Shown piece by piece: positions 24,625 through 33,590 of a DNA stretch of 42,035 nucleotides (its first letter is position 1; each line of letters opens with the position of its first letter). A program made the translations under genes and the position numbers. The notes under the pieces were generated by a model. The model was not told the origin of the DNA, made no database searches, and saw only the letters and a program-made list of their open reading frames with translations. The stretch spans positions 1 to 42,035 of the forward strand of contig JAZDOU010000334.1 of NCBI GenBank assembly GCA_043798385.1. Direction: 5' to 3'. The DNA is from Pseudomonadota bacterium (lineage in GTDB: Bacteria; Desulfobacterota; RBG-13-43-22).

Positions 24625-24755
24625 CCCAACCCGGACCAGCCGGAACCAAAATTGGATATTCGAAACGTTTTAAATACCTTGGTTGGTCCGGGTCAACGGC
24701 TTGTTCTGCAATAAATTCTTTCCATTTTGCGTAGAATTTTATTCTTAAGTCACTA
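24625..24755 (+). repeat. 131-bp intergenic repeat, copy C
   Basis: Same ends and stem as copies A and B, but a different loop sequence. It ends on the A of the ATG at 24755. Confidence 0.9.
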
Positions 24756-25453
24756 TGAAGATTACAGTTGTTTTTGATGGAACGACCTCGAAGTCCGGCT
24801 GTCTGACGGGCTGGGGGTTTTCCTGCTTCCTTCATGAACCCGAAATTTTGTTCGACACGGGAGAGGATCCGGACAAACTCCGAAATAATCTTAAGGTGTT
24901 GAATATCACTCGTCGGAGCATAAAAAAAATAATTCTATCCCACGGACATTTTGATCACACCAGGGGAATCACGGCCCTGCAAGGAACTTCCCCGGAAGTG
25001 TTGATTTTACCAGGATTGCTGGATTCGGTTCAAAGCCGCCGGCTTGTTGACCTCGGTTTTCAGCTATCGTTAAATCATAACCAAAAGGGTGAAATTTCCC
25101 CCGGGATTCAAAGGCTGGCTAACGGAACCGGCGACTTTGTTGAGCAGGCCCTTCTGATTAAAGGCCAACGAGGCTGGTCGATGCTATTCGGATGTGCCCA
25201 TGGGGGTGTGGATCATTGGCTGGAAAGGGCCAAATCTCAGATTGACGGGCCTATTGATATGGTGATGGGCGGGTTTCACTTGTTTGGGGCTCAACCCGCC
25301 AAAGTCCAAAGCATCATCGATCAATTTCTGAGGCTTGGAGTCCAACGGGTAGTCCCCTGCCATTGTACCGGCCCGGAGGCACAAAGGGTCTTTGAAAAGA
25401 CCTTTGGGAAAAACTGCCTTCAACTCAAGGTGGGAGATGAAGTAGAAATTTAG
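24755..25453 (+). CDS. MBL-fold metallo-hydrolase (COG1237-like)
   Basis: ILSHGHFDHTRG metal-binding motif and GWGFSCFL N-terminal pattern. Confidence 0.75.
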   Translation: MKITVVFDGTTSKSGCLTGWGFSCFLHEPEILFDTGEDPDKLRNNLKVLNITRRSIKKIILSHGHFDHTRGITALQGTSPEVLILPGLLDSVQSRRLVDLGFQLSLNHNQKGEISPGIQRLANGTGDFVEQALLIKGQRGWSMLFGCAHGGVDHWLERAKSQIDGPIDMVMGGFHLFGAQPAKVQSIIDQFLRLGVQRVVPCHCTGPEAQRVFEKTFGKNCLQLKVGDEVEI

Positions 25454-25512
25454 AAGAGCCGTGAGCCCGGCAGAATTTTTTAAGGACAACCCTTTGCCAG
25501 GAGGCAAATAAA

Positions 25513-26514
25513 ATGTGGACGGCCGCAAAATGCGATCTGTGTGGCGACTGTTTGAAGAAGTGTCTGGTGGTCGATTACGATCAGGACAAAGCCGTAGCGG
25601 AGATCAAGGCCCTTAGGGAGGGTAAAGAGGCTGAAATCTTACATAAGTGCATCACCTGTTGTGCCTGTCGGGAATATTGCCCTACCGGTGCCGACCCTTA
25701 TGACCTTATCGTCAAGGCCCAGGAGAAGTTCGCATCCTTCCCCGTACCCCTGAAGGGCGCAGACCGAATGGACCTGGCCTTCCAGATCCCGAGCGAGGTG
25801 ATGCCAGGGGATCCCGACAAACCCGTCCTGTCACTCTGCGTCATGGAAAGACAGATTCCCGAAGGGGCCCTCGAGGGACGGCTGTTTGAAGGCCTGACCG
25901 TGGTCAAAGGCGGGGATTATTTCTGCCTCATCGGCTACGTACATGTCGGCCAGGAGAGCCCTATTGAAAAAGGAGCCCGTAAATTCATCGACCAGTTGGC
26001 TGAGCTGGGCCGGGATATCATATTCCTCCACGATGACTGTTATGCCATGGTGCACGCCAAAGTCAAGGATTACGGCATTACGGTCCCCTTCCGGTACATG
26101 CACCTCTTTGAATATTTGCGCAACACCCTTAGAGATCACCAAAGCAGTATTACCAAATTAGGCAAAAAAGTGGCCTACCAGCGTCCTTGCGCCTCCCGGT
26201 ATACCCCTGAAAAGGACATCTTCCTTGATGAGATATTCGAACTCATCGGTGTGGAGAGGCCACCGCGACAATACGAGCGGGATAGGGCTTTATGTTGTAC
26301 GGCCCCGATCATCCGGATCTCCCCGGAGTTGGCTCAGGAGATACAGGCCAAAAATATCGACGATGCCCTTGCCTGCGGGGCCGAGGCCCTGATAACGCTT
26401 TGCCCCGTATGCGACCGGATTTTACGACGTCCTACCACCGCCCGGGGCCTGAACAAAATTTTCGTTACCGATCTTTGCCGTATGGCCTTGGGGGAAAAAC
26501 CCTTTCCGGAATAA
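25513..26514 (+). CDS. (Fe-S)-binding protein, HdrD/GlpC-like (ferredoxin motifs plus CCG-type domain)
   Basis: [36 protein letters not shown]. Confidence 0.75.
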   Translation: MWTAAKCDLCGDCLKKCLVVDYDQDKAVAEIKALREGKEAEILHKCITCCACREYCPTGADPYDLIVKAQEKFASFPVPLKGADRMDLAFQIPSEVMPGDPDKPVLSLCVMERQIPEGALEGRLFEGLTVVKGGDYFCLIGYVHVGQESPIEKGARKFIDQLAELGRDIIFLHDDCYAMVHAKVKDYGITVPFRYMHLFEYLRNTLRDHQSSITKLGKKVAYQRPCASRYTPEKDIFLDEIFELIGVERPPRQYERDRALCCTAPIIRISPELAQEIQAKNIDDALACGAEALITLCPVCDRILRRPTTARGLNKIFVTDLCRMALGEKPFPE

Positions 26515-26530
26515 TCAAAAGGGGGGCAAC

Positions 26531-27121
26531 ATGCCCTATAAACCAAAGCACGGGAGGGAATCAGGCCGGTTGGATAAGGTCTGGCTGGTTCCCCAAAAAG
26601 TCTTCTTTACCAAAGGAATTGGCCGACATAAAGCCAAATTGCAGTCTTTTGAACTGGCCTTGAGAGATGCCGGGATCGAGAAATGCAATCTGGTCTATGT
26701 GTCGTCGATTTTTCCTCCCAATGGTAAGCTCATTCCTTTTGATGATGGGATTAAAGAACTTTTACCGGGTCAAATCACCTACTGTGTTCTGGCCAAGATC
26801 AGTTCCAATGAACCCGAAAGACTAATGGGGGCCTCTATCGGGTTGGCGGTCCCGGCGGACGAATGTCATTATGGGTATCTATCCGAACATTCGGCCTTTG
26901 GCGAGAGCGAGAAAGTCATGAGCGACTTTGCCGAAGATCTGGCCTCCACTATGCTGGCCACAACCCTGGGGATCGATTTTGATCCGCAAAAGGATTATGA
27001 CGAAAGACGAGAAATTTATCGGATGAGTGGAAAGATCGTGGATACCTTTTCCACCACTTGCGTTACCAGGGGGAATGGTCTCTGGACCACAGTGATAGCA
27101 GCGGCCATTTTTTTACTCTGA
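26531..27121 (+). CDS. pdaD: Pyruvoyl-dependent arginine decarboxylase
   Basis: [44 protein letters not shown] includes the self-processing Ser-Ser site. Typical length. Confidence 0.85.
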   Translation: MPYKPKHGRESGRLDKVWLVPQKVFFTKGIGRHKAKLQSFELALRDAGIEKCNLVYVSSIFPPNGKLIPFDDGIKELLPGQITYCVLAKISSNEPERLMGASIGLAVPADECHYGYLSEHSAFGESEKVMSDFAEDLASTMLATTLGIDFDPQKDYDERREIYRMSGKIVDTFSTTCVTRGNGLWTTVIAAAIFLL

Positions 27122-27311
27122 TCGAACATGGATAGCGAGCGCATTCCCCGTAGCTTGCTGCGGGGTTAGCAAGCGAACTACAATAATAGACATTTTCCTT
27201 GCATGGAAGATTCCCCGCACCACGGTGCGGGAAGTCTCCCACATACTTTGGTGCGGGGAGCTTCAATCCAACCGATGGAGGAAAAGGGTAAAAGAACAAA
27301 ATTAAAAACAG

Positions 27312-28085
27312 ATGAATACAAAATTTGAATATATCTACGGACCGGTTCCTTCGTGGAGGCTGGGGCGTTCCCTGGGGGTGGACCTGCTTTCACAAAAGGA
27401 TAAAATATGTAGTTTCGATTGCCTCTATTGCCAATTGGGAAAAACCGGTTCCCTTACGGCAACACGTAAGCTGTACGTTTCCCAAGAAGATATTTTGAAA
27501 GAAATTAAGAAGCTCCCCCATATACCCCTTGATTATATTACCTTCTCGGGAAGGGGCGAACCGACCCTGGCAAAAAATTTAGGGCAGACGATTGCTGCCG
27601 TCAAGACAATCCGGCCGGAGCCTATTGCCGTGATTACCAACTCCTCTTTGATGGGCAGACCGGATGTCAGGGAAGAGTTGTCAGGTGCTGATTTCGTTAT
27701 CTGCAAACTGGATACCTTTTCACAGGAATCTCTTGAAATGATAAATCAACCCCTTAAAGGCATAAAATTTGATACAATCCTGGAAGGGATAAAGGCATTC
27801 AAAAGACATTTTCAGGGAAGGCTTGCCTTGCAACTTATGTTCTTAAAAGAAAACCTAGAACAGGCCCAAGAGATTGCTGGGATAACAAAACAAATCCTTC
27901 CCGACGAGATACAACTCAATACCCCCCTGAGACCTTGCAGAGTTGATCCGGTCGGAAGGGAAGAGCTGCTTAAAGTCAAGGGACTCTTAAACGGACTCCC
28001 GGTCATTTCCGTCTATGAGAGTCAGAAGAGATTCGCCAAAACGATCAGTGACGAGGACACATTGAGAAGAAGGGGAAAAATATAA
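27312..28085 (+). CDS. Radical SAM protein
   Basis: CSFDCLYCQLG CX4CX2C-type cluster motif after GPVPSWRLGRSLGV. GRGEPTL glycine-rich SAM motif. Confidence 0.8.
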   Translation: MNTKFEYIYGPVPSWRLGRSLGVDLLSQKDKICSFDCLYCQLGKTGSLTATRKLYVSQEDILKEIKKLPHIPLDYITFSGRGEPTLAKNLGQTIAAVKTIRPEPIAVITNSSLMGRPDVREELSGADFVICKLDTFSQESLEMINQPLKGIKFDTILEGIKAFKRHFQGRLALQLMFLKENLEQAQEIAGITKQILPDEIQLNTPLRPCRVDPVGREELLKVKGLLNGLPVISVYESQKRFAKTISDEDTLRRRGKI

Positions 28086-28145
28086 AAAATGATAGTCGAA
28101 AGGAGAACAATAGGCCAGAACCCAAGGATTAATGTCTAAAACCGT

Positions 28146-28190
28146 CCAAGGATCCGATCGGATTACCCCGAACAGAAGTGCTGGAACCAA
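28146..28190 (+). promoter_or_regulatory. Conserved upstream element (copy 1) containing palindrome ATCCGATCGGAT
   Basis: CCAAGGaTCCGATCGGatTACCCCGAACaGAA...GGAACcA matches 30606-30660. It lies about 70 nt upstream of the NMO-like CDS. Confidence 0.5.
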
Positions 28191-28260
28191 AAAAATATAA
28201 TTTTTTCAAGGAAAAGGAGAATTGCTTGGGAGGTGAGACATTCAAACCTCAATAACCCGC

Positions 28261-29205
28261 TTGCTTAAAATCCATTATCCTCTTCTCCAGGGGGCCATGG
28301 CCTGGATAACCGGAGCTGAAATGGCCGCTGCGGTCTGTGAGGCCGGAGGGCTGGGAACGATTGCAGCGGCCACTTTTACTCCTGATGAGTTACGGCAAGA
28401 AATTGGCCGGCTTCGTCAAAAAACGTCCCAGCCCTTTGCCGTCAACATCCCCCTGCGCCTGACCTCGGCAACGGGTGCCATCGAAGTGGTTCTCGAGGAA
28501 GAGGTGCCCATTATTGTTTTCTCTGCCGGGGATCCTCTGCCCTGGGTGCAGCGATTCAAGGAGGCCGGACGGATCGTTTTGCAGGTGGTCTTCAACCGTG
28601 AGATGGCTGAACGGGCCAATCAGGCCGGGGTGGATGCCTTGATCGCCATGGGGGCCGAGGCCGGCGGCAACCTCTGTCCCGATGAAATAAGTACCCTGGT
28701 CTTGGTTCCGCTGGTCAGGGATATAACCGGATTGCCGGTGATAGCGGCCGGGGGGATCGCCGATGGTCGGGGCTTGGCTGCGGCCTTGGCCCTGGGGGCG
28801 GAGGCGGTTCAGATGGGCACCCGGCTTCTGGCTACCCGCGAAGCCACGCTGCATCCCCTTTATAAGCAAGCGGTGTTAACAGCCGGGGACAGGGATACCA
28901 CGGTTATCGGTCGTTTTACCGGGTTGGAATTTCGAGTCCTCAAAAATAATCAGGCCCGAGAAATCATGGCCTTGGAACGACAGGGGGAAGATCAAAAAAT
29001 GATCGATGATCTGACGATAGCCTCACTTCGACGGGCGGTGGTCGAGGGGGACCCGGAAAAAGGGGCCTTTATGATGGGGCAGTCCGTGGCCCTGATCAGG
29101 GAGGAGATGACTATAGCCACACTTTTCAGGCAGATGACCCAAGAGGCGGAAGAACGTCTTCAGAATTTGACTTCAATTATGGAAAAAAAAGCAGAAAATA
29201 AATGA
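28261..29205 (+). CDS. Nitronate monooxygenase / FabK-like FMN oxidoreductase (NPD family)
   Basis: YPLLQGAMAWITGAEMAAAVCEAGGLGTI and GGIADGRGLAAALALGAEAVQMGT. The start codon is uncertain: the TTG at 28261 has no SD. Confidence 0.8.
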   Translation: MLKIHYPLLQGAMAWITGAEMAAAVCEAGGLGTIAAATFTPDELRQEIGRLRQKTSQPFAVNIPLRLTSATGAIEVVLEEEVPIIVFSAGDPLPWVQRFKEAGRIVLQVVFNREMAERANQAGVDALIAMGAEAGGNLCPDEISTLVLVPLVRDITGLPVIAAGGIADGRGLAAALALGAEAVQMGTRLLATREATLHPLYKQAVLTAGDRDTTVIGRFTGLEFRVLKNNQAREIMALERQGEDQKMIDDLTIASLRRAVVEGDPEKGAFMMGQSVALIREEMTIATLFRQMTQEAEERLQNLTSIMEKKAENK

Positions 29206-29693
29206 ATGAAATAATTTACAGACCCATAGGCGTTATTCATTCCCCTTTTAAGGGGATTGAGGGGACGCCGATTCAACCGACTGGGGCGAAAGGGGTTAAA
29301 GGGACGATAGAGATGGATCCTGCTTATGCGGTGGGCTTGGAAGATCTGGAAGGTTTTTCTCACCTCATCGTGCTCTACCATTTCCATCTATCCAAAGGAT
29401 TTACCCTGAGAGTGCTTCCTTTTCTTGACACCCATTACCGGGGTGTATTTGCCACCCGGGCGCCCAACCGGCCCAACCCGATCGGATTATCCGTTGTCAA
29501 ACTGGTCCGGATTAAAGGCCCCGTCCTCACCATTGAAAATGTCGACCTGGTCGACGGCACCCCCTTGCTGGATATCAAGCCCTATGTGCCGGAATTTAAT
29601 GCCGCCAAGGCGGTTAAAATCGGATGGCTTTCCAAAAAGATCAAAAAAACGGATCGGATCAAGGCAGACGGAAGATTTAAAAAACAGGAATAA
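29202..29693 (+). CDS. trmO: TrmO/TsaA (YaeB)-family tRNA methyltransferase
   Basis: IGVIHSPF...FATRAPNRPNPIGLSVVKL...VDLVDGTPLLDIKPY. Confidence 0.8.
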   Translation: MNEIIYRPIGVIHSPFKGIEGTPIQPTGAKGVKGTIEMDPAYAVGLEDLEGFSHLIVLYHFHLSKGFTLRVLPFLDTHYRGVFATRAPNRPNPIGLSVVKLVRIKGPVLTIENVDLVDGTPLLDIKPYVPEFNAAKAVKIGWLSKKIKKTDRIKADGRFKKQE

Positions 29694-29750
29694 CCCCTTT
29701 AAAATTCGCCCGAGTGAAGGGCTTTCAGAGAGGTCGAAACCTTCCTCCCC

Positions 29751-30506
29751 ATGGGAAACATCCAGGAAAAAATCATCCAAGTCCTGCGAGAGAGAGACAA
29801 AGAAGAACGGGTTAAGGATGTGCGCCTCGGCTTAGGATATACGGCCGTGCAGCTCGAGTCCGGCCACACCGGCCTGGCCTTTACCTTCCGGCAGAATTTG
29901 CCCGGCGGCTGTTCCGTATTTCATGGCCTGCGTCCCCTGGCCGGCAGGCCTGCAGTCGCGCTTTTGCCCTTTCTCGATTCAGGAGAAAAAATTGAAGCCA
30001 CCGTGGGGTTGGCTGCGGCTAATGCCCTGACCAATCATCACATCAATGGGGCACAGGAAGGAGATATCTTAAAAGTCTTGGATATCCACCCCCAGGATGA
30101 GGTGGGTATGGTGGGATACTTTGCCCCGATGGTTCCCGAGCTGAAAAAAAGGGTAAAACACCTGACCATTTTTGAGAAATGGGAACAGCCCGGATTAATC
30201 CTGCCGGAAGAGGCCGCCTTTGAGTGGCTGCCTAAATGCCAGATTGCCCTGATCACTTCAACGACACTCCTCAATAATACCATAGATCCTTTGCTCAAGG
30301 CTGCGGCCTCCTGCCGGGAGGTGGTCCTCTTGGGGACTTCCACCCCTCTTTTGAGAGAGGCCTTTAAAGATACCCCGGTCACCATGCTTTCCGGGATAGA
30401 GGTTATTGATCCGAAAGAAATTTTACAAATTGTAAGCGAAGGAGGTGGTACACGGAATTTCAAACATTTTGTCCGGAAGCTGAATCTACCGGTTTATAAG
30501 TCTTGA
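29751..30506 (+). CDS. DUF364/DUF4213 putative metal-chelation domain protein
   Basis: GLGYTAV...G.TGLAFT N-terminal domain and VGYF...IFE...ALITSTTLLNNT Rossmann-like C-terminal domain. Confidence 0.7.
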   Translation: MGNIQEKIIQVLRERDKEERVKDVRLGLGYTAVQLESGHTGLAFTFRQNLPGGCSVFHGLRPLAGRPAVALLPFLDSGEKIEATVGLAAANALTNHHINGAQEGDILKVLDIHPQDEVGMVGYFAPMVPELKKRVKHLTIFEKWEQPGLILPEEAAFEWLPKCQIALITSTTLLNNTIDPLLKAAASCREVVLLGTSTPLLREAFKDTPVTMLSGIEVIDPKEILQIVSEGGGTRNFKHFVRKLNLPVYKS

Positions 30507-30605
30507 AGGGAAATCGTTGTTAATTGGACGGGTAATTCCACTTGTTCCACCCAAAAATTAAGGAGGAGATTATGGCTGCAGCCAAAGATTCTTGTGTAAA
30601 GCCGG

Positions 30606-30660
30606 CCAAGGGTCCGATCGGGATACCCCGAACGGAATCGGTCGAATCGGGAACAACCAA
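30606..30660 (+). promoter_or_regulatory. Conserved upstream element (copy 2) containing CCGATCGG palindrome
   Basis: See 28146-28190. It ends 20 nt upstream of the peroxiredoxin ATG. Confidence 0.5.
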
Positions 30661-30679
30661 TTTACCAAAGGAGGGTATC

Positions 30680-31285
30680 ATGACGGCAAAAGTCGGTAAA
30701 CCCGCACCGGACTTTGAAGTGAACGCCTTTATCGACGGTGGTTTCGAGAATATCAGCCTTTCCAAATTTAAGGGACAGTGGGTGGTGCTCTGTTTTTATC
30801 CCGGTGATTTCACCTTTGTCTGACCGACCGAGTTATCGGCGGTCGCCGTAAAATACGATGAATTTAAGGCCCTCGGAGTCCAGGTCCTTTCGCTGAGTAC
30901 GGACAGCCGTTTTATACACAAGATTTGGAATGAAGAAGAACTTTCCAAGATGGTCAAGGGCGGCATTCCCTTCCCCATGCTCTCCGATGCCGGAGGACTG
31001 GTGGGAAAGGTCTATGGGGTTTATGATGATGAGGCCGGGGTTGACATCAGGGGGCGTTTCCTGATAGACCCGGATGGAATCATTCAGGCCATGGAAATTG
31101 TCACTCCCCCCGTCGGCCGGAACATCTCGGAACTCCTTAGGCAGGTCAAGGCCTTCCAGCATGTTCGGGCCACCGGTGAAGCCACACCTTCAGGATGGCA
31201 ACCGGGAAAAACGACCCTCACACCCGGACCGGATTTAGTGGGCAAGGTCTGGAAGGTTTGGAAACCGGAAATGGCCTTTGAATGA
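30680..31285 (+). CDS. Peroxiredoxin (AhpC/Prx family) with TGA (30821-30823) at the peroxidatic Cys position: selenocysteine-containing Prx
   Basis: AAGGAGG SD and ATG at 30680. GDFTFV-TGA-PTE corresponds to the universal FTFVCPTE motif. The frame stays open to 31285 (ORFs 30542..30823 and 30950..31285 are in the same frame). A hairpin at 30822-30844 sits immediately 3' of the TGA. Confidence 0.85.
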
Positions 31286-31345
31286 AAAGGGCAACTTAAA
31301 GAACCACCCACTTTTTTTTATTTTGGGAAATCGAAATAGCTTGAC

Positions 31346-31786
31346 ATGAAAAAAACCGGCCGAGTGCTTGCGGTCTGCCTCAGTCTTAAACGGACCGATC
31401 CCAAAAAAAATGTCGGGTCCGGCCTGCTCCGAGTGGGTTGGGGCCTGGCGGGGGATTCCCATGCCGGAACCGAAAAGGAGGTCAGTCTCCTGGCCGAAGA
31501 GGATGTTCAAACTCTTTGCATAGAAACCGGTATTTCAATGGACCCCGGATGTTTTGCCGAAAATATCAGAACCGAAGGAATCGATATCCCTTCACTGCCC
31601 TGCGGGTCAATACTGCAGTGCGGGAAAGCCAGGATAAAGATCATTCAAATTGGAAAAGACCTTGCTCTGTCCCACACCTACAGCTATAGAGGATATTCCC
31701 TTTTACCGACCAAAGGCGTTTTTTGCCAAGTCATTGAAAGCGGGGAGGTGAAAATAGGAGATCCGGTGACACCAATAGGCGATTAA
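31346..31786 (+). CDS. MOSC domain protein
   Basis: GLAGDSHAG...EVSLL...ENIRTEG pattern. 146 aa. Confidence 0.7.
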   Translation: MKKTGRVLAVCLSLKRTDPKKNVGSGLLRVGWGLAGDSHAGTEKEVSLLAEEDVQTLCIETGISMDPGCFAENIRTEGIDIPSLPCGSILQCGKARIKIIQIGKDLALSHTYSYRGYSLLPTKGVFCQVIESGEVKIGDPVTPIGD

Positions 31787-31807
31787 TCGTTTAACCAGGA
31801 GGTAACG

Positions 31808-32158
31808 ATGGCCAATTTTTTATTTGTCTTAAGCAAAGATGATGGGGATAAAGCGACCCGCTGTTTCCAGTTCGCTAAAATTGCCCATTCCAAAGGACAT
31901 AAGGTCAATCTGTTTTTGATTGATGATGGGGTATTCTGGGCCGACTCCAGCCGGGACATGACCGTTAAAATCCCAACAGGGGATTGCCCGAAGGACTATC
32001 TGCCTTATCTGGTGGAAAACGAGATCCCTATCGGGGTCTGAATCCCCTGTGCCAAGGCCCGTCAGGTGGACGAGGCCAAATTCTTTTCCAATATGGTCCT
32101 GGATGGGGGACCGCATTTGATAGACCTGGCCGCAGAGGCCAAAGTTTTTAATTTTTAA
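31808..32158 (+). CDS. DsrE/DsrF-like family protein with in-frame TGA (32039-32041): probable selenoprotein
   Basis: AGGAGG SD. ...IPIGV-TGA-IPCAKARQV places the TGA at the first position of a UxxC redox motif. The frame continues 38 codons to the TAA at 32156-32158. Hairpin at 32056-32077. Confidence 0.75.
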
Positions 32159-32183
32159 GGGAATAAAAACTCAAAAGAAGGGC

Positions 32184-32212
32184 TTGAAAAAGCCCCAGGC
32201 AACCAGGATAAT
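32184..32212 (+). promoter_or_regulatory. Candidate sigma-70 promoter
   Basis: TTGAAA 32184-32189, 17 bp, GATAAT 32207-32212. The 18 nt AAAGAAGGGCTTGAAAAA (32174-32191) are identical to 16893-16910. Confidence 0.45.
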
Positions 32213-32717
32213 TATGTATTGGATAGCGTTTTTAGCCTTTTGGAGTGGAACGGGCGGTTCTCCTTTCCGGCTAAACGATAACTCTCTGGTTTCGTTAGCC
32301 TATCAAAGGACGACTGTCCGTGCTTATTTATCTAAAAAATGTGCCTGAGATTCGTTATCATTATTCAATTTTTTCATTGCTATTTTAGAAATAGTTAGAT
32401 AAAATTAAATATTAAATTCTTGATCATATTTCAGGAATTACCGTTACTGATCATGAATACGATCCAAGCGGATTTGAACGGATAAAGACCAGGGTAATGT
32501 CTCAAAAACGATTTTGTACTGGATGTCATTCCGGGCCTGATTGTTCCCGCCATCTGCTTAATACCAAATAATCCGGTTCTTAATTCTGGATGCCTGCTTT
32601 AATCAGATTTATGATTTAATGGACCATTTTGAAGGAAATAAGTTTCCGTTAACAACCGATAAAATTTTTTAATTGCGGAGCTTTCTTGCTCGCCACTCTT
32701 TTTAAGGAAGGAAATCC

Positions 32718-33590
32718 ATGAGTATTCAAAAACGATTACAAAACGGAGAGTTCGTCGTTCTCGCAGAAATGAATACACCGAAGGGGGTGGACATTTCCCG
32801 GTTTATGACCAACCTCCGACACATCAAGGAACGCATTGATGGAATTGTCGTCCCGGACATGGATAACGGCATCATGAGGATGAGCGCACTGGCCGGAGGT
32901 CTTCTGGTGCAGCAGCAGGGGATTGAGTCCATTATTACGGTCTATGGGCGGGACCGCAACCGAATGGCCCTGCAAGGCGATTTACTCGCTGCCCATGTGC
33001 TCGGTATTCAGACGCTGATTGTTGTTCAAGGGGAATCAATGGTCAAGAGCGACGACCGAAACACCCTTCCGGTCGATGATCTGGATGAATTGGGCCTGCT
33101 GGCTGCAATCCGGTCCCTTCAGGAGGGGAAGGATTTGGCCGGCTTTGATCTGGAAGGAAGGCCCAGATTTCATGTCGGATGCTGTATCGCGCCTTTTGCA
33201 AATGATGCCGGCTTGAATACCCAACTGGATCTGGCCAAAAAAAAGATTGCCGCCGGCGCCGGCTTCCTTATTACACCACCGGTATTCGACATCAACCGAT
33301 TTGAGAGTTTCATGCAGAAGGCCTCGACGCTCAAGGTGCCCATCATTCCTTCGGTCTTTCTGATAAAATCGGTCGCTGTCGCCCGATATATTGCGACCAA
33401 TGAACCGGGTGCTTCAATGTCCGAAGAACTGATCCGACGTATCCGAAAGTCCTCCGATCGTGAATTGGAGGGGGTTAAAATCGCCGGAGAGACCGTCGCT
33501 TCGCTCCGCAAAATGGCCCAGGGCGTCCTGATTCAGACTATGGGCTGGGAACATCGCTTACCGGATATTCTGGATGGTGCCGGCTCTTGA
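32718..33590 (+). CDS. Methylenetetrahydrofolate reductase-like protein (MetF family, paralog 1)
   Basis: AAGGAAGG SD. VVLAEMNTPKG...RDRNRMALQGDLLAAHVLGIQTLIVVQGE resembles the MetF at 37806. Confidence 0.75.
   Translation: MSIQKRLQNGEFVVLAEMNTPKGVDISRFMTNLRHIKERIDGIVVPDMDNGIMRMSALAGGLLVQQQGIESIITVYGRDRNRMALQGDLLAAHVLGIQTLIVVQGESMVKSDDRNTLPVDDLDELGLLAAIRSLQEGKDLAGFDLEGRPRFHVGCCIAPFANDAGLNTQLDLAKKKIAAGAGFLITPPVFDINRFESFMQKASTLKVPIIPSVFLIKSVAVARYIATNEPGASMSEELIRRIRKSSDRELEGVKIAGETVASLRKMAQGVLIQTMGWEHRLPDILDGAGS

Noticed and set aside
28240-28263. Possible ATT start codon at 28240 for the NMO/FabK-like gene. GGGAGGTG lies 4 nt upstream and the added residues IQTSITR look like typical family N-termini.
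   Set aside because: ATT initiation is very rare and I cannot verify it from sequence alone. I kept the track start (TTG at 28261) and flagged the uncertainty.
32213-32347. 44-codon small ORF (MYWIAFLAFWSG...) at the start of the long leader.
   Set aside because: Its ATG begins 1 nt after the predicted -10 hexamer, so it would lie upstream of the likely transcription start. It has no SD.
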